Both the position numbers and the translations under genes were made by a program. The notes under the pieces are model-generated. The model did no database searches. It was not told where the DNA came from and worked only from the letters and a program-made list of their open reading frames with translations. From assembly GCA_033763315.1 (NCBI GenBank), contig JANRKS010000001.1:160001-224000 (forward strand): 64,000 nt of DNA, given 5' to 3'. This document shows, piece by piece, positions 57,104 to 64,000 of this stretch; position 1 is the stretch's first letter, and each line of letters opens with the position of its first letter. Source of the DNA: Deltaproteobacteria bacterium. GTDB lineage: Bacteria > Myxococcota_A > Polyangia > Fen-1088.

Positions 57104-58365
57104 CACAACAAAAGGGAGCAGACGCCGAACGAGTTGCGGCCAAGGTTGCCTCCTTGATCCAAAGCCAGTATCCAAGCGAAGGTTCATCACCTGTAAAGCT
57201 TGTGTCGTTGGATGCTGTGACACACCACCGCGTGCGCGCGTGGAAATGGGCGTTGCTGTTGCCGGTGCCAGCGCTGGCGGCCGCTGCCCTGCTGTTCTAC
57301 ATCGACACGAAGCCACTGACATTCGCATTGTCTGGCGGTCACTTGTCGCCCAACCAAGAAGTTGTGGCGGATGGTGAACACGACTCCGCGTTGCGCTTCT
57401 CTGACGGCACACAGGTAGCCTTGTCTTCTCGAAGCGAGGCAAAGATTCAAGCGATCACCGCGCATGGTGCAAGTGTGAGGCTAGGTCGTGGCCGTGCGAC
57501 CGCGGCTGTGGTGCATCGGCCGCGCGCTCGTTGGTATTTTTTGGCTGGTCCATTTCAAATCGAAGTGGTGGGCACAAACTTCAGCGTCGACTGGCAACCA
57601 CAGGACGAGCGACTTGAGTTGACCATGCACAACGGCAAAGTCCGCGTCACGGGGCCGCTTGTGCCCGACGAAACCTTCTTGACGCAAGGCCAGCGTTTGC
57701 TCGTCAGCAAAGCGGACCTGCGCATTACAAACATAATGGATGATGTGGCACAACCGACCCTGGCTGAGGCGCCGGCGCCCGCAGCTGTGGCGCCTCCTTC
57801 TGGGGCCGCGCGTGTAGAGCCACCGGGTACGCAAGCAACAAACGGTGAGCGTCTTTCAAAGGCGTCCCGCGGCACACGAGGCAAGTCGCCAATCATTGTG
57901 GATGTCGCGCAATTGGTCGCGAAAGGCTCTTACGCCCAGGCGCTTGCCCACGTGCAGGCCAACGGCTTGAGCACGTTCTTGGAACGGGCGCCTTCGCACG
58001 ATCTTGCCGCGCTGGCGGAAGCCGCCCGCTATGAGCAAAATGTGGATGTTGCGCGCGCCTCGCTTCAGGCTCAACGCCAGCGCTTTGCTCGCACGCGCGC
58101 TGGATCAGAAGCGGCCTTTCACCTGGGGCGCCTGGCCGAAGACGTGGACAACATGCCTGCGCGCGCGGCAGAGTGGTTTGGCCTTTATCTGAGGGAACAA
58201 CCGACGGGCCGCTTTGCCTCTGAGGGTTTGGGGCGCCAGATGGTGGCCACGAGCCGCATGGGGGACCGCGCTGCGGCTCGAGCCTTGGCGCAAGAGTATG
58301 TGAGTCGTTTTCCGCAAGGCACTTACGCCACGGTTGCGCGCCAACTTGCGGCGCCCAAGCTCTAG
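57100..58365 (+). CDS. FecR-domain anti-sigma factor with C-terminal TPR-like domain (cassette 2)
   Basis: TM helix, LRFSDGT, AGPFQIEVVGTNFSV and GKVRV. TPR region AAFHLGRL...YVSRFPQG. Confidence 0.85.
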   Translation: MTQQKGADAERVAAKVASLIQSQYPSEGSSPVKLVSLDAVTHHRVRAWKWALLLPVPALAAAALLFYIDTKPLTFALSGGHLSPNQEVVADGEHDSALRFSDGTQVALSSRSEAKIQAITAHGASVRLGRGRATAAVVHRPRARWYFLAGPFQIEVVGTNFSVDWQPQDERLELTMHNGKVRVTGPLVPDETFLTQGQRLLVSKADLRITNIMDDVAQPTLAEAPAPAAVAPPSGAARVEPPGTQATNGERLSKASRGTRGKSPIIVDVAQLVAKGSYAQALAHVQANGLSTFLERAPSHDLAALAEAARYEQNVDVARASLQAQRQRFARTRAGSEAAFHLGRLAEDVDNMPARAAEWFGLYLREQPTGRFASEGLGRQMVATSRMGDRAAARALAQEYVSRFPQGTYATVARQLAAPKL

Positions 58366-58368
58366 CGA

Positions 58369-59373
58369 ATGTTCAATCGGGCCGTTGCGCTGGTGCCTCT
58401 TCTGATGGTGTTGTCGTTCAACGCTCGTGCGTCTGCACGTGTTGTGATTCTGCAGCCTGTTGGGCAAAAGACGGCGGCCCTTGAAGGCGCTTTGCAGCGG
58501 ATTGCGGCTGAACTGCGGCTTGAGAGCTATGCACCAAGGGTTCAACCGTGGGTGGTAACTGCGCCTTCTGTGGAACAGTTGGAAGCGGCCGCCACGCAGC
58601 AACTTGCTTTTGGCGCTTTGGTGCTGCTGAACCTTCCCGAAGCAGGGTCAGTGCAGGTGCTTTCGTTCGACGGCACACGGAAGACGTGGGTGCTACGCAC
58701 GGTCGCGCTTGAGCAAGAAGGTGACGCGGCTTCGGTGTTGAGTATTCGCGCGGTTGAGATCATGCGCGCACATTTTCTCGAACGTAGATACAACCCTGAA
58801 GTCGTCGCTCCTGCGCGGATAGCTGTGCCGACGTCGCAAACTCTGTGGCCACATAGGTGGATGTTGGGCGTGCGCGCAGCGCGGGTGGTTGCATCGCAGG
58901 CAGATGGCGTTCGGTCTTTGCGGTTGGATGCCGCATTATCGCTGCACCAATGGGCGATCAAAGCCACGGTTGTTCCCGTAAGCACTTCAATCGAAAACCA
59001 AGCCCCTGCCGGTGCCGCCACGATGTCACAGCAATCCGCTTGGCTCAGTGGTGCCTACCTTCTGCGGATGCGAACGCGCGCGGTGATACCTTACGTTGCC
59101 GCTCACGCGGGGGCCGCGAGGCTGCAAGCGCATGGCAGCGCCACGCTGCCGTATCAGTCAACGAATGCGGCTTATGTGACGACGTTGTTTGGCGCGGGCG
59201 CGGGCAGCGTGTGGTGGGTCAACGACCAGTGGGGCCTGTCGTTAAACGCGGATGTGCTGTGGTTTGCATCCGGCGCTTCATTGCAGATCGATGGCGTTGA
59301 GCAACGCCGTTTGGGGCAGCCGCAGTTGCTTGCGTCGTTGGGCGCGATCTTCTCGTGGGGGCAAGGACGTTGA
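58369..59373 (+). CDS. Putative outer-membrane protein: periplasmic domain plus small beta-barrel (cassette 2)
   Basis: Signal peptide ending ASA, LSIRAVEIMRA (compare VALAVAEF in copy 1), and amphipathic strands ending LGAIFSW. Confidence 0.6.
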   Translation: MFNRAVALVPLLMVLSFNARASARVVILQPVGQKTAALEGALQRIAAELRLESYAPRVQPWVVTAPSVEQLEAAATQQLAFGALVLLNLPEAGSVQVLSFDGTRKTWVLRTVALEQEGDAASVLSIRAVEIMRAHFLERRYNPEVVAPARIAVPTSQTLWPHRWMLGVRAARVVASQADGVRSLRLDAALSLHQWAIKATVVPVSTSIENQAPAGAATMSQQSAWLSGAYLLRMRTRAVIPYVAAHAGAARLQAHGSATLPYQSTNAAYVTTLFGAGAGSVWWVNDQWGLSLNADVLWFASGASLQIDGVEQRRLGQPQLLASLGAIFSWGQGR

Positions 59374-60599
59374 AGCGGCTAGTTTGTCTCGTTGCGTGTT
59401 TCGTCGCCTGTGACGCCACGCCCTTGAACGTCGTGCAAAAAAGCGGGTGTCCGCAAGTGGAGGGTGCGCGTCAGGCCGCAAGCACAAGTGCCTTCTTTGA
59501 TACGTTGGGCTTCAACGTGGCTGTCAGTGAGTTGGAGAACAAACGCGCTGATGGCTTAACGCCGTTGGCACACCTGCAGGCGCTTGGGGTGAAGCATCTG
59601 CGCGGCAACGCGAGTGTGCCGTTGGGCTTGAGTGGCGCCTTGGCCACCACGCTGTTGAACGCTGGCATGCGCTACACGTTTGCGCTTTCGCTCAAGACCG
59701 ATCTGGATGCCTTTTTGCCCATGACCTTGGGCGTGACGGAAGCCGTGCAGGTGGCAAGCCCGGCCAACGATTGGATCGGCCCCTATTCAGTGACTGAACT
59801 TCCGGCCGCGGCCGAACGATGGCGGGCGCAATTGAATGCATTGGACAGCGCAAAGCGGCCAGCGTTGATCGGGCCCATCATCTTTCAAACCATGGATGCA
59901 ATGGATCTGGGGAGCGTTGGCCCTTGGATCGACTTTGGCGGCTTTCGCTACACCATCGGTCTTGTGGCGCCTAGTCGTTCTTTTGGTGGCGATTGGGAAC
60001 AGATGGCTTTGAGCGTCTCAGGTGGAAAACCACTTGTTGCATCGAAAGCTTCATACGCTACCAGCCGGCCCGGTTTGCCGGAGCCACAGCTTTCAGAAGA
60101 TCTGCAGGCGAAGTACGTTGTGCGGCTATTTCTTGAGGGCTTCAACCACGCGGTGATACGAACGCACTACGATAAGCTCTATGACGACGACTGCAGTGAA
60201 AGCGGATGCACGAGCGGCCTCATACGCGTGGATGGCACATCCAAGCCTTCGTACCTTGCGTGGGCCGCGTTGGTCAAAGCTTTGGGCGCGCCTTCACAGC
60301 CGCCCACGCCGCGGGCGCTGCCGCTGACCATCGAGGCGCCCACAAACGTTCATTCTCTGCTGCTCAGCAACAGCGAAGGGGCCTTCTTTCTTCTGTTGTG
60401 GCTTGAAGTCAATGGCAAGCCTGGCGAGGATCAACAAGCCCCAGCCGTTGTGCAAGTGGGTGTGCCGCTGGCCTCAGCCCAAATGCTTGATCTCCGCCAA
60501 CCCGGGCAAGCGCCCAGCGACTTGGGGAAGATGGGGCGTTTCTCGCTGGCGGTCTCTGACGCACCTATGCTCATCACGCTCACGCCCGCGTGTTTTTGA
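59370..60599 (+). CDS. Glycoside hydrolase clan-A-like lipoprotein, probably inactive (cassette 2)
   Basis: TTG start overlaps the upstream TGA and there is a lipobox FVAC. FFDTLGFN, LGVKHLRG and GLIRVDGTSKPSY, with a C-terminal beta-sandwich. Confidence 0.7.
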   Translation: MKRLVCLVACFVACDATPLNVVQKSGCPQVEGARQAASTSAFFDTLGFNVAVSELENKRADGLTPLAHLQALGVKHLRGNASVPLGLSGALATTLLNAGMRYTFALSLKTDLDAFLPMTLGVTEAVQVASPANDWIGPYSVTELPAAAERWRAQLNALDSAKRPALIGPIIFQTMDAMDLGSVGPWIDFGGFRYTIGLVAPSRSFGGDWEQMALSVSGGKPLVASKASYATSRPGLPEPQLSEDLQAKYVVRLFLEGFNHAVIRTHYDKLYDDDCSESGCTSGLIRVDGTSKPSYLAWAALVKALGAPSQPPTPRALPLTIEAPTNVHSLLLSNSEGAFFLLLWLEVNGKPGEDQQAPAVVQVGVPLASAQMLDLRQPGQAPSDLGKMGRFSLAVSDAPMLITLTPACF

Positions 60600-60615
60600 T
60601 CACCGACGAAATATT

Positions 60616-60645
60616 TGAGCCGCGTTCGCTGAGTCACAGCCCCTT
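60616..60645 (+). promoter_or_regulatory. Putative ECF promoter, cassette 2, upstream of the DUF1592 gene
   Basis: TGAGCC at 60616-60621 and GCCCCTT at 60639-60645. Confidence 0.6.
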
Positions 60646-60688
60646 GTTTATTAGCCAGCCGCTTTGGGTGGCCAAGGGAGTTCCTCGG

Positions 60689-62416
60689 ATGAATCGGATA
60701 AGCAGTTCACGTTCAAGCCGGTCAAACACGCCCCGTGCCAGGGCCGTTGTGGTGGCGCCCTTCCTCGTTGCTTGGTTCGTGTCAGCGCCGGGGTGTTCGG
60801 GCCATGTGGCTGAGCCCGCTGGCGGCGGCGACACGCAAGATCCTGGCGGTGCCAGCCCAGATGGTGCCGATGTCACGGGTGGCAACACCCTCAAGGCAGA
60901 AAGCGCCGGCCCCAAACCCTTACGACGCCTGACGCGCGACGAATACAACAACACTGTTCGTGACCTGTTGGGCGACAGCACGGCACCCGCTGCGGCCTTT
61001 GCCGACGACGTGCGAGGCGAGGGTGGGTTCTATTCACCCAACCGCGTGTCCGGCGTGGAAACCAGCGCTTACAGAGACGCGGCAGAAACGCTGGCCAGTG
61101 CGGCTGTGCAACGAACGCCGGCGTTGGCCAACTGTTCGGGCGCAGAGCCCATTTGTGCTGACGCCTTCATCGAAAGCTTCGGCCGCAAAGCCTTTCGCCG
61201 CCCGTTGAGCGCGGTAGAAAATCAGTCGCTTAAAGCTCTTTATACTAAGGTGCGCGCCGAACCCCTCAAGGCGCCTCACAAAGAAGCCATTCAGATCCTC
61301 ATCGCGGCCATGCTGCAAGCGCCTCAGTTTTTGTACCATTGGGAAGCGACCAGCTCTGCGCGTGAGCGTGATGGCAGTCTGGTGAAACTGGATGGCTTCG
61401 AGATCGCTTCGCGGTTGTCGTACTTCCTGTGGTCATCAATGCCCGACGATGAACTTTTGTCGGCGGCCGCCGCGGGTGAGCTTGATTCACAATCCAAGGT
61501 GGCCGAACACGCGGAGCGCTTGCTTGCTGATAAACGCGCTTCAAGCACAGTTTCGAGCTTCTTCGCACAGCTGCTCGACCTTGAGCGAGTGCCTGGCCTT
61601 GTCAAAGACCAAAGCGCCTACCCGGCGTTCAACAAAGATCTGGCCAAAGCGATGGTGGCCGAAGCAGACGCTTTCGTTAAATACGCGGTGCTCGACGACG
61701 GCAAGTATGAAACGCTGCTCACGTCACCCGTATCATTCATCAACGCCGACCTGGCGATGCTGTATGGCAAAGCGGGGGTGTCAGGCGCCGAACTTCGTAA
61801 AACCGAACTCAACCGGGATCAACGCTTTGGACTATTAACCCAAGGCGCGTTCTTGGCGGGCCAGGCGAACACATATGAAACGTCGCCGGTGCTGCGAGGT
61901 AAGTTGGTGCTCACGCGCTTGTTGTGCGAAACCGTTCCGCCGCCGCCGCCTGATGTGGACACGAGTTTGGGCACGCCCCAACCAGGCCAGCAAACACGAG
62001 AACGCTATGAGTCGCATTCAACGAATGCGTCCTGCGCCGGTTGTCACAAGACGCTTGATCCGTTTGGCTTCGCCTTCGAGAGCTATGATGGCATTGGGCG
62101 GTATCGAACCATGGACGCGGGGCGCCCCGTGCGCACAGATGGCAAGGTCAGTTTGCCCTCCGGTGACATCAGCTTCTCGAACGCCAAAGAGCTTGTGAGC
62201 CTCATTGCCAAGAGCCCCGAAGGCTTGGGCTGCATGGCGACCCAGTGGCTGCGGTTTGGTTTGGGACGGGCGGACGACGCTGCTGATGAAGGCTCACGTG
62301 AGCGCGCCTTGGCTGCGTTTAAGCAAGCGGGCGGAAATTTCCGCGAGCTGCTTTTGTCGATCGTGAAGTCCAAAACGTTCCGATATCGGGCTTTGTCCGA
62401 AGGCGAGGTGCTTTGA
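60689..62416 (+). CDS. DUF1592/DUF1587/DUF1588/DUF1595/DUF1585-type lipoprotein with CxxCH (cassette 2)
   Basis: LRRLTRDEYNNTVRDLLG, KAFRRPL, EIASRLSYFLWSSMPDDEL, RFGLLTQ, TSPVLRG, CAGCH and YDGIGRYR. Confidence 0.92.
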   Translation: MNRISSSRSSRSNTPRARAVVVAPFLVAWFVSAPGCSGHVAEPAGGGDTQDPGGASPDGADVTGGNTLKAESAGPKPLRRLTRDEYNNTVRDLLGDSTAPAAAFADDVRGEGGFYSPNRVSGVETSAYRDAAETLASAAVQRTPALANCSGAEPICADAFIESFGRKAFRRPLSAVENQSLKALYTKVRAEPLKAPHKEAIQILIAAMLQAPQFLYHWEATSSARERDGSLVKLDGFEIASRLSYFLWSSMPDDELLSAAAAGELDSQSKVAEHAERLLADKRASSTVSSFFAQLLDLERVPGLVKDQSAYPAFNKDLAKAMVAEADAFVKYAVLDDGKYETLLTSPVSFINADLAMLYGKAGVSGAELRKTELNRDQRFGLLTQGAFLAGQANTYETSPVLRGKLVLTRLLCETVPPPPPDVDTSLGTPQPGQQTRERYESHSTNASCAGCHKTLDPFGFAFESYDGIGRYRTMDAGRPVRTDGKVSLPSGDISFSNAKELVSLIAKSPEGLGCMATQWLRFGLGRADDAADEGSRERALAAFKQAGGNFRELLLSIVKSKTFRYRALSEGEVL

Positions 62417-63924
62417 TGTTTCCATCACGTCGAGGGTTTCTAAAGGCAGCTGGCCTCAGTGGTGCGATGTTGCCGTTGCTCAACGCCGATCTCGCTCGTG
62501 CCGCGGCGCCACCCAAACGTTTGGTGGTGTTCTGTTGGAGCAACGGCATTCGTCGCAATGACTTCTGGCCGGAAGTGGGACCGACCAAAAGCGCCACGGA
62601 CTGGATATTGCCTGTGCCCGGCACAGCGCCACCGCAACAAACACCTGTGGCTTTGCCGATGCTTGAGCCATTGGTCAAAGAATTCCGCAACGACATGATC
62701 ATCGCTGGCGGCTTCGACGTAAGCGCCCTCTATGAAGCCCGCAAACCGAATTACCAGGCCACGCCTTCCCGTGGCGCCGGCCACAACACAATGTGTTGCT
62801 TGCTCACGGGTGCCTATCCAGCGCAATACCGCGATGGCTTTCAATCATCGGGCGGCCCCTCGGTGGATCAAGTGATCGGCCGCGAACTGGCCAAACGCCA
62901 CGGGTTGGCCTTCCCGTCTTTGGTGATCGGCGGCCGCGCCAACGCAGGCTTTCAAGGCACCATCTCTTACGCAGGTGTTGACGATCCGGGCATCACGCCC
63001 GAAAACGATCCCAGCAATCTATTCAAGACCCTGTTTGCGGGGCGCAATCTTCCGAAGGGCACCTTCGATCGCGTGGCTGCCACCCGGCAGAGCATCCTTG
63101 ATTACGTCGCTCCTGAACTCGTGCGGTTCGGCGGCAGATTTGGCGGCGAAGACAAGCAGAAGATCAGCGCGCATCTGCAAACCATTCGCGATCTCGAAAA
63201 CCAGCTCAAAGGTGGCGCCAACCCGGTTGAATGCACGGCGCCCACGACGCCCACGGCGGACTACAAACCCAACGACATGCTTCCTGCGTTGCTGAAGATG
63301 CAATCAGATCTTCTGGCCACAGCCTTCAAATGTGATCTGACCCGCGTCGCCACTTTCAATTTCGAGAACACGGGCGGCAACAACATTGCGTTCAGTTGGC
63401 TTGGCCAAGAGTTCGTCGGCAAGGGCGACGAATACCCCACGCGTCAGCACCACGACATCGCGCACAATTTCTTTCGCAGTGACATAGGGGCACTTCGTCA
63501 CAGCCGGGTGAACCAGTGGTTCTTCGAGCAGGTGGCGTATTTCGTGCGCCTGTTGAAGAACACACCCGAAGGTGCGGGCACCATGCTTGATAACACCGCG
63601 GTCGTGGTGTTGAACTCGATGGGCCAAAACCACGCCTCGGCAGGTTTGCCTTGTGTGATCCTGGGAAGCTGCGGCGGATACTTTAAAACGGGTGGCCGCT
63701 TGGTGCGCATGAACGAGTTCGCCACACAAAACAAGTATCCGTTTTACTGGGGCCCCGGCGAGCTGGGCATGCGCGATGGCAAACTGATGGAGTGGAACGC
63801 CTATGCTGTGGCTGGTGCGCCCATCAACCGCTTGCTGGTGTCGTTGGCCAACGCTATGGACGTTCCCACAGCCACGTTTGGTGAGCCGCAATATGGCGGC
63901 GAGATTACGGAGCTGCGCGGGTAA
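62416..63924 (+). CDS. DUF1552 (HXXSHH-like) Tat-exported protein (cassette 2)
   Basis: Tat motif SRRGFLK, PKRLVV, PSVDQVI, ENDP, FKCDLTRVAT, QHHDIAH and GTMLDNT. Confidence 0.92.
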   Translation: MFPSRRGFLKAAGLSGAMLPLLNADLARAAAPPKRLVVFCWSNGIRRNDFWPEVGPTKSATDWILPVPGTAPPQQTPVALPMLEPLVKEFRNDMIIAGGFDVSALYEARKPNYQATPSRGAGHNTMCCLLTGAYPAQYRDGFQSSGGPSVDQVIGRELAKRHGLAFPSLVIGGRANAGFQGTISYAGVDDPGITPENDPSNLFKTLFAGRNLPKGTFDRVAATRQSILDYVAPELVRFGGRFGGEDKQKISAHLQTIRDLENQLKGGANPVECTAPTTPTADYKPNDMLPALLKMQSDLLATAFKCDLTRVATFNFENTGGNNIAFSWLGQEFVGKGDEYPTRQHHDIAHNFFRSDIGALRHSRVNQWFFEQVAYFVRLLKNTPEGAGTMLDNTAVVVLNSMGQNHASAGLPCVILGSCGGYFKTGGRLVRMNEFATQNKYPFYWGPGELGMRDGKLMEWNAYAVAGAPINRLLVSLANAMDVPTATFGEPQYGGEITELRG

Positions 63925-64000
63925 GCAGCCTGCGCCGGCGCGTGCGCTCGCTCGGCTTGTCTCATGAGATGTGCTTGATGGACGCGCCCGTCATGCACCC

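Overview
GC-rich bacterial chromosomal window, most likely from a Myxococcota (Polyangia/Haliangium-like) genome. The evidence is a MYXO-CTERM protein, many Cys-rich lipoproteins, eukaryote-like Ser/Thr kinases, vWA lipoproteins and a CsgA-like SDR. About 54 CDS can be supported. Housekeeping genes include murC-ftsQ-ftsA-ftsZ, folK, rimK with a RimB-like protease, htpG, cls, a cN-II-type nucleotidase and comEA. I saw no rRNA, tRNA, CRISPR array, transposase or integrase. The main signal is a six-gene cassette present twice (about 18.8-25.7 kb and 56.4-63.9 kb): ECF sigma, FecR/TPR anti-sigma, small outer-membrane beta-barrel protein, variable lipoprotein, DUF1592-type CxxCH lipoprotein, Tat-exported DUF1552 protein. 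In each copy the same bipartite promoter-like motif lies before both the sigma gene and the DUF1592 gene. The -35-like TGAGCC is shared by both copies, while the -10-like element is copy-specific (CGACAG vs GCCC). The variable lipoprotein of copy 2 looks like a catalytically dead clan-A glycoside hydrolase. Together this suggests insulated, paralogous surface-sensing circuits without a TonB-dependent receptor that drive a periplasmic cytochrome/metalloprotein pair. All family assignments come from motif recognition by eye and were not confirmed by any database search.
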